This document shows, one piece after another, positions 12,412 through 25,841 of a stretch of 64,000 nt of DNA. Location: positions 496,001 through 560,000 of the forward strand of contig ML978122.1 of the NCBI GenBank assembly GCA_010015805.1, in the 5' to 3' direction. The DNA is from Rhizodiscina lignyota (Eukaryota). The notes below the pieces were generated by a model that saw only the letters and a list, made by a program, of their open reading frames with translations, was not told where the DNA came from and did no database searches. The position numbers and the translations under genes are program-made. Positions within the stretch are counted from its first letter, which is position 1. Each line of letters opens with the position of its first letter.

Positions 12412-13726
12412 AAAAGTTTATATCTGGATCGGGGGAGCAGATGACAGGGAGAGCGGAAGCTTAGGGCAGCTGATGCCGAGGAGGCTCATGTGTTTCGAAC
12501 TTTCAATATTTCTGATACAGTCGCGAGCACTCCAAATGAGGACAGGTCGCGGCTCTCCAAACATCAATGCGTGCTGACCCAATATGCGCCGCCTCCAAGA
12601 AGAGAAAAATGGTGCGATGCGGGTTTTCCGACATGGAGAAAGCCGTGTACACCGGTGTCAGCCCTACAGAGACATGCTCAGCTCAACCGCGTGTGCCCTG
12701 ATGCCCAGAGGGCTGCTGCTGTGCGGCCGACGGTCCTTGGCAGGGGTTATGCCTTCAACATATGTACATTTGACGCACATGAAAGGAAGCATGACAATTG
12801 CTCCTGCGGTGTTCAGATGCCAAGTCGTGCGATTTCTTGAAGATATCGTGTAGAGAACGTGCCGGCAGCCGACAAGCGTTCCTGAGGCTGTCTGGCTGCC
12901 GTACCGCCTCAACGGCTGTGGCGGAGAGGCGCTCTGGGCGCGGGACACGTTCATGCTGGCGAACCTTCATCCAACGCCAATCTCGCCAATCTGAGCAATG
13001 CAACGGCAGATGTGGCAGGTCCAACAGCCAGTGGCATTGCCCAAGTGCCATCCTGCTGTCTGTGGAATTGTAGGATCGCGGGCGAGCCCCCTTTCGATGG
13101 CTGCTCCGGCGACCAGTGCGCATTAAATCCTGACACGGCGATTTAGGCGAGCGCAGGCCTTGCTTTCCGCTGTCAATTGCCGGGGTGCAACAAGGCTTTC
13201 CCCAGCCGCGCTTCCGCATTCCGCCACAAAGCGCAGAGCTCGGCGGCGGCTCGCTCGTATTCGCCGCCTCTCTGGAGAAATACGAATTTCATGGTGGACG
13301 AGTGCGAACGTAAAATGGACTTCATCGCAACGCAGCAGCGTGGGCAAGAGGAGTCGAGGCACGCCAATGGGGCCTGTGGGAAGAGTGTTGTGCGGTGAAA
13401 CTGCCCCAGCCCCGCCCCCAAGCACACATGAGCCTGATTCGCGGCGACATGGACGATCCCTAACGCGCGTCCCCACAGTTTGGCTGAGTTGGAGGCCTGC
13501 GAGAATCACTGCATCCCACTTGGGCGACAGCCAATATACATGACTGCGCAAATCTCCATCTCCTGCCCATCCATCTCATTGCCTCCACTCGCTGCTGTGT
13601 CACACGGGGACGTCGAGCTCAAGGCCTGAAACGCTCGCTGTCTGCCTCTACGACATGTAAAGGCGCCCAGACGTCCATCTTCACTTCCTGCTCGATGTCC
13701 GTGTCCTTCGTTTGTCCACGGCCGTC

Positions 13727-16700
13727 ATGCTGCGTCGTTTGCTAGTTTCCTTGCTCTGTCACTCGCTTCTTGTCGCTGCCTTTCCCCAAATCACACGTGA
13801 GTATATGGTGGGCTTATTGGCGCTGAATGCCTTCTAACCGTCGTTTGCACAGCATATCGTAATTCCACAGTCGCTCCGGGGAAGCCGGGATCGCCCTCGA
13901 AATCGAGTTCTTCCGAGTTCACGACAAGTTCTTTAAGATTAACAACAAGTGCCTCGGGGACCGGTCCGGCTGCATCATGCCCTTCATCATGTTCGTTCGA
14001 TGGACCCTTGATCACCGGTTACCACTGGATTCCAGTCGTTGCTAACCAGACTATCACGGCAACCGTCATCTTGTTGGTCGCTCCTATCACTGCTAACGTT
14101 TCTGGTCCATATGGCAACTTCAATCGGAGCGGATTCACTATCGTGGACACGCAGACGGAGTACAACAACCTGCCGCCCGAAGTTACCATCCCTTTCGTTG
14201 GTGAGAATGGATCTGCCTTAGGTCAAGCAACAACTACCGGGACGGATGGAGTGCCTACGGCAGCTTTTATCACATATCCCACAAACGTCCTAGACTACCA
14301 ATCAAGCTTTCACTGGACTGGTGCACTCCCAGCGCCGACCGGCGGGAGCTCAGCATGCGCTTCCACTCGAAGAATTCATATAGAGACTCTGCCATCTCAC
14401 CCAGCATACACTGCATCGAGTGCGCTCCCAACCAATGTCGATGGCACGAATTTCGAAATGGTACCAGCTCAGTTCGTCGACGCCGCATTTCTACGATCAG
14501 CATTCCCAGAGGAAGAAGCATTTAGGCTGTGCACAGCTCCAATTGCACTTGCCAACCAGACGACCGCAGTGACACGTCCTGTGTGGGTAACTGTGACGAC
14601 GTATGCAAATGCCACCCTCAGGCCCTTCCAGTCCAATGCGCCTATGATTGAGCATACGGTGCCCTCGGACTCTGATGATTCAGGCCTTGGTAACTTCACG
14701 CCGTTCATTGCGCATACCGAGGTCTCGGTCCCAATTACTGGTGAGCTCGCTTCCTTCGTACACTCCTTGCAACTTATTAACGAATACCTAGAACCAGGTG
14801 ATGGGAATAGTGCATCTGCTTTCCCTAAAGCGCATACTGAGCAAAGTGTAGGAGGCCCGTCCTCCACACCCAGTGCCGCGCCAGATCACTCCGGAGGCCA
14901 CAGCGGTGGCGCCCAAGCCGTGGACACTGACGGAAACGGCAACTCTGGTAGCTCCGGCGGCGGTCTCGCCGGTGTTATCGCGTCGATTGTTGACCACAAT
15001 CCTCATCCGTCTCCAGGCGGAGGTGCTGGTGCCAGTGGCCCTCAAGCAACTTCCGGACCGGGCTCTTCGTCGAGTGGCTCTGAAGGTCAGAGCGGCAGTC
15101 ATTCATCTGGACAGTCATCTAATGGACAAAGTGGATCGTCTGGTGGGTCCGGACAAAGCAGTTCGAATGGGGCTGGGTCTTCGGGCAGCTCATCGGGCAG
15201 CTCATCGGGCGGATCGCATTCAGGTGGAAGTTCATCAGAATCGGGCTCTTCAGGAAGTGGATCGTCTGGTAGCAGCTCTTCGGGTAGCGGATCTGCTCAA
15301 GGCGGTTCGTCTGGAGGACAGTCTGGCGGAAATTCTGGTTCCGGCAGTGGCAGTTCTTCCGGTGGACAATCTGGCGCAAGTGGCTCCTCAAAGAACGGCG
15401 CGCACCCAGGCAGTGGCCCCGCTCCCGCGCAATCCATCGCTGTGGGCTCGACCACTCTATCAGTTATTCACACAACCGTTATGGTCACTTCACACGTTGG
15501 AGGAGCGACTGTCACGACGAACGTCCCTGTGGTCGTTATTGGGGGCTCGACAGCAACTCTTGGTCAGACGCTGACCTTTGACAACACACCTGTTGCATTT
15601 GCTGCCGCGCCGACATCGGGTCCTTCATCCTCGAACTCTGGATCTGGATCAGGCAGTGGATTTGGATCAGGGGTTTCTGGCTCTGGCTCTTCTGGATCAG
15701 AGTCTGGAGCTTCTTCAAATTCAGGTTCGAATTCGGAATCAAACTCAGGTTCAGGGGCATCTGGGTCTGGGTCTGGGTCATCGGGATCCAGTAGCTCGAG
15801 CAATAGCAACAGCCTCGGTTCCGGAGATCAATTAATCATCGACGGCACCAGCACGGTACCACTTCTTCCAATTGCAACTGGATCTTCTTCAGGCTCCCAT
15901 TTGCCTGCACCGGTCACAATAGGAAGCCAGATTGTCGCTCCAACAGCATTACCAAGCGGAAATGGAATTGGTTTCATCATATCTGGTCAAACACTCGCTC
16001 CAACTCGTCCAATTACTTTAGGTACTGGATCGCACACAACTGTCGTCAGCCTCACGACCAATAGTCAGGGCCAAACACTTCTAGTCCAAGGCTCTGGTTC
16101 AGAAGCTTCGACTCAAACACTCGGATCAGGTCTCCCTCCTATAACAGTAGGCTCGCAACTTGTCGAGCCCACCGCTTTGCCGAATGGAGGCGAGGGCTTC
16201 ATCATCTCCGGGCAAACGCTAGCACCTGGCCATCCCATCACACTTGGCACAGGGTCTCACACTACTGTTGTTAGCTTAACAACAAATAATCAAGGCGAAA
16301 CGCTTCTGGTCCAGGGCACATCGACCCAGACGCTAGGAGGACTACCGCCTCTCACACTCGGCTCACAAGTCGTCGAGCCAACAGATATTCCCGGCGAAGG
16401 CGAAGGTTTCGTCATCAGCGGACAGACACTTGCCCTTGGACATCCAGTCACCTTGGGCACGGGATCTCACACAACGGTACTGAGCCTCACAACTGATTCT
16501 GCGGGAGACACATTACTCGTCGAAGGCACGAGCACCAGAACGCTTGCCGGGCCGCACAGCACAGGCTCGATCGGCGGCTTCATCACTACTGGCATAAGCG
16601 GCCCCAGTGGTGGGAGCAACAATAGCGGCAGCACCACTGTCGAACAAAGTAACGGCTCTGGGTCATTAATACATGGGAACGGAAAGGCATTTTTGGATTT

Positions 16701-16755
16701 GGACATCTGCATGGCTATGGTAATGGGAATGGCGGCTACGATTTTCATACTGTGA
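13727..16755 (+). CDS. Secreted Gly/Ser/Thr-rich cell-surface protein, probably GPI-anchored, with three internal repeats
   Basis: Signal-peptide exon MLRRLLVSLLCHSLLVAAFPQIT from 13727; intron 13797-13852 joins in frame to ORF 14008-16755; long G/S tracts; hydrophobic C-terminus (CMAMVMGMAATIFIL) after small residues SNGSGS. Confidence 0.82.
15904..16548 (+). repeat. Three tandem coding repeats of about 70 aa
   Basis: Consensus PP(I/L)T(V/L)GSQxVEPTALPxGGEGF(I/V)ISGQTLAPGHP(I/V)TLGTGSHTTVVSLTT...TLLVQGTSTQTL; copies start at about 15904, 16135 and 16345. Confidence 0.9.
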
Positions 16756-17013
16756 TATCCAATCGCTCTTGTAATAAACGGATATTCTAGTGCTGCGGCT
16801 CTGCCGACAAAAATTGGGGCACGCCATATAGGGAAAAAAGTTTTGACTGAAAGCTTGACAAATGTCAAGCCAGGCCAGGGTTATGAGGCCCGGGCTGCCG
16901 ATCCTTGGGATTACGTAGGGACGAAAATGGAATGCAAAAAAGCACAAACTGATGACAATGCCTTCTCAACGTTACACTCGCGCAATTTGTTAACATTTCT
17001 GATGATTGAACGA

Positions 17014-18028
17014 TCAGATCGATGGGAGTCCTGAATAGTCTCTTTTAAGCACGCCAATGATCTCCTCCCAGATATTATCATTGAACCTCTTTGCAGCATC
17101 GCCCGACAGAGGGCCCAAACTGGACTTAGTCAGATATGATTAAGGCCTATTTATGGACTGATGATTTTCAAGAGACTTACTCTCCAGCCTGATCATCATA
17201 CCAAAGCTTTCCATGCGCCGCTTCGCCGATTGTGGTCCCGCTCACAAGAGACCTTGCTCCTTCCTCCGTCGTGCGCAGTATCAGCGCATTCAGGATTGCT
17301 CTGAGAATATCGGCGAGGATGCCCTTGTGTCCTCTGCTCAGATCAGACTGACAGAACCCCGGACAGACGGCTGTGACAGTGACGTCTTTCGACGCCTCAG
17401 TAAGAGCGGCGAGCCTCTGCATAACGCTGGTGATGAAAAGCTTTGATAGCTGATACTGCTGGCTGGATTTGAAGGCATCAGGTCCGTTGAACGATTTGAG
17501 GATCTCGGGCGAGTTCTTCTGCTCGTCGGACAATTGGACCTTTTGGTATCGCCTCGAAGAGACGAACTCAAGAACCGGGCACCACTCATCTGTCTTCGAG
17601 GCCCTCAACTTCGGGAGAAGCAGAAGAGCCAAGAGCGCCGTGGAGAGGACGTTCACTTGGAACGTCTGCTCCCAGCCGTAGCGCGACCGTTGGTACTCAA
17701 CCATGAACACTCCGGCGTTCAACACCGCAATGTCGAGGTGATCGAGGCTGGATGCCTTGTCGGCGAATTCGCGAATACTGTCGTAGGAGTTCATGTCGAG
17801 CGGCCATACCTGGATCCTGTCTTTACTGCCCGTGCTCTGCTCAATCAGCAGCTTCGCACGCTCGCCTTTGTCGAGGCTCCGCACGCCAAGAACAACCAGA
17901 GATGCATCTAGGGCGACGAACTTGCGTGCTGCTTCGAAGCCCAGGCCGGTGTTGGCTCCAGTGACGATGACGTTCTTGCCGGCGAAGGAGACGTTCGGAT
18001 CACGCAGCGGTTTCTGCAACATGCTCAT
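17014..18028 (-). CDS. Short-chain dehydrogenase/reductase (retinol dehydrogenase/WWOX-like)
   Basis: VIVTGANTGLG, VLNAG, YQLSK catalytic motif, AVCPGFCQSDL; terminal intron about 17180-17120 gives last exon LGPLSGDAAKRFNDNIWEEIIGVLKRDYSGLPSI, stop at 17014. Confidence 0.88.
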
Positions 18029-18849
18029 CGCTCGACGCAGTGGAAGCTCATATATGCGGGCTTTTGTGGGAATACTCTGATGGAAGAGACTAAGTCCTAC
18101 TAGGAAATTGGTTCTGGGAGGCAGAATGCGTAGCATTGGACATGCGGAAGATTAGGCGTAGAAACGACATGCGTGGAATGGCAGATCGACACAGGAGGAA
18201 TGAGATGAGTTCTGTAGAGAGCAAAGTACGCTGGAGACTTATCGCTAAATACGGCGGGGAATAGCTCAGCATTTGGGCCATTTATACTCGACATTAGGTA
18301 GCCGGAATGGTACATAGTTCAATGGCATGATGAAGTCGGAGAGGCGAAATCGTCCCGAGATCGGCTGAGCACTCCTTACACTAGAGTAACTGTGGCTGGG
18401 AGATCCCGACATTTACCCGATATTAATATAAAGGAGACTCCTGCTTTGAAATATATCACGCTCAGTAACAAACTAGAGACTGAAAATTCTCACCGCATAT
18501 GAATTTCTCATTAGTGCGCACCGAGTCTATCGAAATAAACACTGTAGATGTAATTGACGGCATTCTATCGTAGAAAACTTCCTTTTTATCGCTTCCCTTA
18601 CACTTGCAGACATTTCATGTGGTATATCAGGGTCACAATGACCTCCCATATAATGAATGGACCGAGGATCGCCGGGATACCACAATAGATGAGAGCTGGG
18701 AGTCTCATTCCAGGCTCACAAATGCTGCTCCTGCAGTCGGAGAGGGGGCCACCAGGGCCTCGACCAACCATACTGCCGACAAATAAGGCGAATTTGGCGT
18801 AGCGCAATGTAGTTCCATTTCTTACGGGCTCGTAAGCGCTGCAGGTATT

Positions 18850-19419
18850 TTAAATCCCTACATCACTTCCGGGAAGCTCCACAGGTGATGTTGGCCATCC
18901 ACGTTTATTTGGAAGCTCAGCAGCGTATTCTGGTCCGGCAAGCTCTGCCATGCGAGGGGACTTGTCGTTCTGCTCATGCTTCTCCCATGGATCTAGACTG
19001 TCCGAGGCATGTCTATGCCGCCGGTCTTCCTTCTCCCACGGTTCCAGGCGAGGCGAGGCTTTTCGACGCCCCTTGGGTATCTTCCGCTTCCACAGCAAGA
19101 ATATCACCGAGGTGCATATCCAGACAAACGCAATGACTCCCACAACGATCCCGGCGAGTGTGGCCTCGTTTATCTTCGCCGTTGGCGCGGCGGCTGTGTT
19201 GCTAATGGTTGGTAGAGCGCTCTCCGAGGAGGTGTGAGTGACAGCAACCGTTTCTGATGGTGTTGGCACTTCTGAGGAGGGCGAGGCGGTCACCAGTGAC
19301 TTTAGTGATACGGTCGAAGGATGGAAAACTGGTGTTGAAGAAGAAAGATCTGCTGTTGAAGGAGTGGTATCTAATACGGTTGAAGGAGAGAGAGTTGAAT
19401 TTGCAAACCGGAACGCCAT
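18850..19419 (-). CDS. Single-pass membrane protein with Ser/Thr-rich ectodomain (Mid2-like architecture)
   Basis: S/T-rich N-terminal half, TM segment LAGIVVGVIAFVWICTSVIFLLW followed by KRK, cytoplasmic AELAG/AELP/VELPG motifs; no obvious signal peptide. Confidence 0.65.
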   Translation of the reverse strand: MAFRFANSTLSPSTVLDTTPSTADLSSSTPVFHPSTVSLKSLVTASPSSEVPTPSETVAVTHTSSESALPTISNTAAAPTAKINEATLAGIVVGVIAFVWICTSVIFLLWKRKIPKGRRKASPRLEPWEKEDRRHRHASDSLDPWEKHEQNDKSPRMAELAGPEYAAELPNKRGWPTSPVELPGSDVGI

Positions 19420-20115
19420 GGTTAGATCAGATTATGTAGATTGCAAAGATGTTATATAAAAAATTGAAAATGAAATTGTACATAGCCGAGTGAGCAGAGT
19501 GCGACCGAGACCTTTCTACCTTTATTTTGATAGCCTTCCGCATTTTGCTTAATCTTCAGCAACAAGGCTGAAACTATCAGCATACGAGGTGGGCGCGAAG
19601 CCGTGCAGCTCAGCCAGCAACCTGGGCGACCGATTGGCAAAACGTCCAAGCCATATTCTGCACGCTTGTGAACTTGCGTTCAAAAGATCCCCTAACACTA
19701 TTTTAAGCAGAATATTCGTTTAACGGATTCTTAGTAACAGTTTCTGTTTTGCCCTGGAGTTGGTGGCTAATATTTAGAAAGGCGGCAATGAATGCTTGAA
19801 GCGCTGAAGTTAGTCTTTAATAAACAAATAAAGAAACTGACCGACTCCGACTTGCCTACCCGAAGTTTACTCTATTTGGCATAGCCGCATAGCCGTTTCA
19901 ACTTCCAGCTTTCAGGTTCAAAGCGTCAACATTTTGTATCAGCGTCAAACATCGACGATCTATCCAAAATCTTAGAGTGCACGGGTGCGAACTCGTCGTC
20001 CAGTTTGCCACGCTCGGCACAGGCAATGAATCCCAAACTTGCTTAGTGAAACATGTGTATATTGCTCAGCCTGGTAAGATAAAGGCTGTCTACGGAGTAT
20101 GCGATGAACTGCTCT

Positions 20116-21910
20116 CTACTTCCTTCCCATCGCCTTTTCAATTACCTCTAGCGCGGCCATCACTTTCTCATCCATTCCTCTTCGGCCAATCACGGTCAGG
20201 TTCACTGGCGCGCCCACAAACTTCTCCGGTGCATAAATGTCGTAATTGTACTTGTCCTGGTCGTTCATTGGCTTGTATCCGGGTTCGTATACGTCCTTTT
20301 CAGTGTCCACAAACGTAACGGGGAAAACGGCTCCGGGGTAGTCCAACAAGTTCCAGTGACTCGTATACGGCCAGTATCTCGCAGTTTCATGAAGTGGCGC
20401 ACAACCAGGCGTTGTCGGACAAATAATTACATCGACTTCGCCCTCGCCCGTCTTCGGATCTGTGGCAGTTTTGCTCCACTGCGCAGCATACGCTTCTCGG
20501 TAAGCGTCACGTTCAGAGCATAGCTTCCAGAGCTCATGCATGTCGCGCTTTTTGACGTGCGGCTGCTCGTCTATGATAAACTTCGTCAACGGCAGGACCG
20601 GTTCGCCAGAAGCGTTCAGTGGCTCATAAGCGGCCTCGCCGCCATCTGGGAAGTACAGCGCAGAAACGAGATCCCAGCCTTTGGCGTGGTCGTACGGCAC
20701 CCAGTCGACAACTTCATGGCCTGCAGCTTTGCACGCATCAGCGACGATCTGCATCGCCCTGGTAGCAGGCGGATGCGGTCGGACTACTCCGTCGTCCCAC
20801 TCGATGGCAATTTTGAGCTTTTTGTTGACGGTTTCGGTGTCTGGGGTCCAGGGCTTAACAGTTAATGAGGGATCGGTCCGCCAGGGCTTGGTATCCAGGA
20901 TAGTCTTCATGAAAAGGTTCAACGTCTCGCGACTCTGTGTGAGGGGACCAAACGTCGCAAGAATGCTCTCCTTGCCATCCATAACATGCTTCATTCCCTT
21001 GAGAGGAATCCGCTTTGTTGTCGGCTTGAAGCCGTAAATCCCGCAATTGCTTGCTGGAGCTCTATTTAAGTCATGTTAGCCCCTCTCTTCTGTCAAATTT
21101 AACGGAGAATTCATTAGCTCACCTCACACTTCCTCCAATGTCACCACCAAGGCCCCAAACACTACCTCGGAATCCAACTAATGCTCCCTCGCCGCCGCTG
21201 CTGCCTCCGGACGTGAGGTCACGATTCCAAGGGTTGACGGTTCGTCCATAGACGTTGTTGTTACATTCCAGATGCATCAGAGTCTGCGGACCCGTGGTAC
21301 GGACATAGTAAACACAGCCAGCATCGTACAGAATGTCGTTGATTGGGTTTGGGTCTGACCCTTGGCCAATCCAAGCAACGTAACTGGCATGGTTCGTCTT
21401 TCCATTCATTCCATGGTGCTCTTTAACCTGTGACTGGTCAGATTCAATCGGAATCACTGAAAATTGCATGCTGCTCTTACAGATATCGGTAGTCCGTGCA
21501 ATGGTCCTATTGGCTCTGCGAGGGAATCCAAATATTTTGCTCGCTCAATTGCCTCATCCCACATCAACTCAGTCACACAATTAACCTGCGTATGATAATT
21601 CAGCAAATGATACAGTGCGGATATTGGAACAAGGGCAACGGACAGCATATTGGGCCAAGGCAGCTCTCCGGAGGAAAGCTCTTGTAAGCTCTTCTGATGT
21701 GAGTTTCTTCGTCCGAAGAAGCTCCAGTAGTTCAATAGCATCGTAGTTCTGGGTGAGCTCATACTCCCGCTCAGTGAGATACTCCTTCGCCAGGCCTTGA
21801 GAGCTCAATGGCAGAGGGTCTGGTAGGGGCTTCAGGGGCGGATCGACTTTGGAAAGGGTCTGGTCACGATAATCTCGTGCAGTCTTTGCCTTCTCTTCCC
21901 ATGGAGCCAT
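20116..21910 (-). CDS. Amidase signature family, acetamidase (AmdS)-like
   Basis: MAPWEEKAK start; GPLHGLPISVK, GGSSGGEGAL, GGDIGGS, YGFKPT, LDYPGAVFPV; three introns. Confidence 0.92.
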
Positions 21911-22671
21911 GTCGTCTTGTATTCCTAAGTATATCTCGGTGGATGTCTGCAACCTGTGACCAAGGAGTCCTCTCCGGCATCAGTGAGGGGTCCTAGAATC
22001 CTCATATTCGATCCCTTTATCCTCGGATGAGTTGCCGCGTCAAATCTGTTCGCACCACTCGCGAGCGAGACATCGTGTCCAGCCTCATCGTGCCTCTCTC
22101 TTGCTCCTTTTGGGTAGCAGTTACGGCTCCGCTGCTGCAACGCAACTTTGCTGCGTCGCTACGGTCCCAGCCTCCTTATCTGCTTGGCCCAGGGCAATTC
22201 AGCGCGCTCCTCCGCCCGCTTGCTGTTATCTTATGGAAATGTCGAAACGACAAGGCCCGTCCCGGATTATTCCCGCCAGATAACGGACCCTCAAGGGCCT
22301 TGGTTTCTCGGCCAGCGGAAATGTCGCTGCGGGGATGCCGATCGTGTTGATCGCATGCGGGCTGACGCGCGCGCTCCTGCGTTGCACACAAGACAACCTC
22401 TTCCCCAGTCCAAGTCCCCGTCGACAGCAGCAATCCTGCCTCTCTAGGAAAGAGAGCTGACATCTCCACCTTGAGATAGAGAACAATGTCTAGCTCAAGA
22501 ACGCGATGGCGCGAAACAGCGATGCTGGGAAGCTGCGTCTCTCTGCGAACACCGTGATACCAGGACAGGGGGAGGATCCTCACCGATAGGCATTCGTGAG
22601 CATACATAATGCCCAATGATGCTGCAAAGTTTAGTAAGTTCGTCTTCAAGAATTCCAGCCTTTCTGCAGTC

Positions 22672-24630
22672 ATGGCGAAGTTTCAGTTTCCAGTCACATT
22701 GGGCCTCAAGGGCAGGTTGCGATTGAACAGGTACGCGTCTCTCTCATCTGCCACTATCCTTGTATTCGTTGTCGGCGCGATCGTTATTGTCGAGCGGAGG
22801 AATGAAAGCACTCAGCTGTTCTGTGGTCGCACTTCGTCTAGATGCGCTCATGCACACATTTGCGATTTACGTTGTTTTTGTTCGTGGAGTTTAAGGAGTA
22901 CTCTACCTTCTTGTGCTTGAACTGTTCCCCAGCCACACGTTTAAAGTCAGAGGGAGCCTCTTCAGTTTTGCCACACATCGAACAACATTGGTGCCGTGCA
23001 TAATTTCGCTTACTTACATTCAACTCGACATTGCAAAAGTCGCATGCTGTCAGAGAATATGTCAGAGGCTAACAGAAGCAAACAGACCGTGGAACCAAAA
23101 CTTCGTCGTTGGCGCCATTCTCTTCTGTCTGCCTGGTATCTACCTCGCTCTCACAGGTCTTGGAGCTGGTGGTGGACGTCCTTCAAGTCAGCAAGTGGCC
23201 TCGACCACAAACGCGATTCTCTATGGGTTGTTCACGCTCTTTGGCTGGATCGGCGGATCCATCCTCAATCTGCTCAAGCCGAAGGTTACCATGATGATCG
23301 GGGCTCTCGGATACCCGCTTTACGTGGGAGGCCTGTGGTACTTTGATCGCCACGGCCACGACTGGTTCCCGTATCTCGCAGGCGCTCTCCTGGGTTGTAC
23401 TGCTGGCTGTCTCTGGACCGCAGCTGGATTCATCCAGTTTGCATACGCGAATGAGGACGAGAAAGGACGCTTTATCACGTGGCAATGGGTCCTCACCTCA
23501 TTCGGTGGCACCATCGGTTCTCTCATTGCATTCGGAGTGAACTTTCATTCCACTGGCTCCGTCGGTGTTTCCGACGCCGTGTATACAGTGTTCATCGTTA
23601 TCATGTGCATGGCGATTGTGATCGCCTTCTTCTTTATCGTGGACCCGAAGAAAGTGGTGCGCGACGACGGAACACATCTTGCACTTTTCAAACAAGCCAC
23701 GGTTATGACGGAGCTCAAAGGCCTCGCGGTTCTATTCACAGACTGGAAGATCTGGTGCTTAGTTCCTGGAGTACGTATTACCGAGACACTGTTCGCAGTG
23801 CCAAGGCTAATTTGTCTAGATTTTCGTGGCAGAGATGAATCTGGCGCTCATGTCCAGTATCAACGCTTATTACTTCAACCTCCGCACTCGCTCGCTCAAC
23901 AATGTCCTCTTCCAATTCATCATGATACCATGCCCTTTAGTTTTAGCCTCCATCTTGGACACCAGCCGAATCAAGTCAAGGCGAATGCGTGGGATGGTCG
24001 GAACGGCTTGCATGGGTACGCTTACCCTAGCAGTCTGTGCTGGCCTCGCTGGCTGGATTGCAAAGAACGACGTCAATCGCCAGAAAAACACACCTCCCGG
24101 GGTGGACTGGTCGGATAGTGCTTTCGGCGCTGGCTTTATCCTGTATCTCCTGGAAGGTATTGTCTATGCCTGCTACCAGATCTGTGTCCAGTGGACGCTG
24201 GGAGCGCTCTCAAACGATCCTATACAATGTGCGCGTTATGCCGGACTTTTCAAGGTACACTGTTCCCAAATCTCAAACGAAGCCAGACCACTGACGGAAT
24301 TAATAGGGCACAACATCTCTTGGAATGTGTGTCTCTTTCATCCTCGACTCGCAGAACGTTTCGTACATGGACCAGCTGATCGTGCAATTTGTGTTGTATG
24401 GCGTCGGCCTCGTCTTCCTCTTCGGCATTCTCTGGTTCCAGGTGAAAGAAACTAATTACTTCCTCGAAGAGGATGTCATTGTGCCGCACAAATTTGAGGA
24501 GAAGCTCACAATCGAGGGTAAAATCAACGAACAGCAACTAGAACACGAGCGGGAGAAGGAATTGCTTGCAGAGCAGGAAAGGGCATTCAGAAGGGATGAG
24601 AAAAACCCTACCGTGACTTCAGTTGCGTGA
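22672..24630 (+). CDS. UNC-93-like MFS membrane transporter
   Basis: Exon 1 MAKFQFPVTLGLKGRLRLNR; long intron about 22731-23085; then PWNQNFVVGAILFCLPGIY, LTGLGAGG, GYPLYVGGLW, VVRDDGT, YYFNLRTRSLN, ARYAGLFKG; divergent from the amidase. Confidence 0.85.
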
Positions 24631-25841
24631 AGGAAAGTCACTGGCAAGCCAGATCTCATTGCTCTTTGAAGACATGCACTGGGGTGAACAAGCGCACATA
24701 GTCTATTCTGCAATTTGCATTCGAGAATGTAGACTAGAAACAAGAAATTAAGTCCACAGAATATGACTGCCCTGCAAATCCTAAGTCTGCACTTCGTAGA
24801 GAGTGTGTTGAAATCGGTTGGAGCTATGGTGTTGTAACATCTACCGCAAATTGCCTATTTGGGCGATGGGCACGTGCGCTGAACCACCATCACTTTTGAT
24901 ATACCAGTAACCAGTGCACCTCGGATGATGACAGTTTCTAAGACCTATACTACACTTTGTGCGAAGCCGGGTGACAAATCTGGACACTGCTTCCGTAAAT
25001 TTGCTTAATTTCTACGTGTTGTGGACTTGCCGGAGGAAAGGAGTCTGCAGAGGGCGCTGCGCGAAATTCCAAGTCACTCACACGACAGCGAACGAGCATC
25101 CACCGGTGTTCGGACACGATGCTCGAAAGCAGTTCAACTTCTACAATCCGCTTCACACTATTTTAGCACGCATGTGGGAATCCCACTTGAGTCAGCCATA
25201 CTCTCCATCTACATGCGGCACATAAAAGCTCTCCTTCCCTTAACATACTTCCTCTCCTCTAGCCCAACATTTGGCTTCGACGCCGTCCGAGGTTCATATC
25301 ACACGAGTCAAGTATCTAATCTTCGCTTAGCACCTCAGGGTTCTCCACAATGATAGACGCCAAAAGGTCCCGCATGCAGATTAACAATTACCTAACCTTC
25401 GCAGCTTCGGTTGAGCCGCCAAGCAGGGATTCTCTCTTTCCTATTCCGGTCTTGCAAAGCTCCCCGGATACACAGTTCCAAAGGCGCGGAGAAAACCAAG
25501 CACCGCGGCGTTCTGGACCCCACGATAAGGGCGCCAACAAGATAGTCGGATCGAGCACTGCAAGTTACACGTGGTGGTCTCATGACGTACATAAACGGTG
25601 CCCTACCCTGACTCTCTCTGCTGAGCTGTTTGCACTGTCCCAGAAGGGAAGCGGAGGACGGGACGGCGGCAGGCGCGTGTTACAGTATGCGAGCAGTTGA
25701 GTAATGCTCTTAGGTATATGTAGATATATCTCCGAGACTTATTATCTCTGGAAGTATCTAGTACAACAAATTCTAGCAAAAGACCTTTGATAACGCTTGT
25801 GAACTGCAATTTCGCTCGTTGCTCGGAGTTCATTCATCACC

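Noticed and set aside
12490..13551. Many overlapping 60-150 aa ORFs in a GC-rich intergenic stretch
   Set aside because: No motifs and Arg/Cys-rich random composition; best explained as non-coding upstream DNA
19440..19970. AT-rich patch as a RIP-degraded transposon (also about 50400-50650)
   Set aside because: No terminal repeats, target-site duplications or transposase/RT remnants are visible
22731..23085. Intronic snoRNA or riboswitch in the long introns (also 9031-9238)
   Set aside because: No box C (RTGATGA)/box D pair or TPP-aptamer core was recognisable by eye; an Infernal/Rfam scan would settle it
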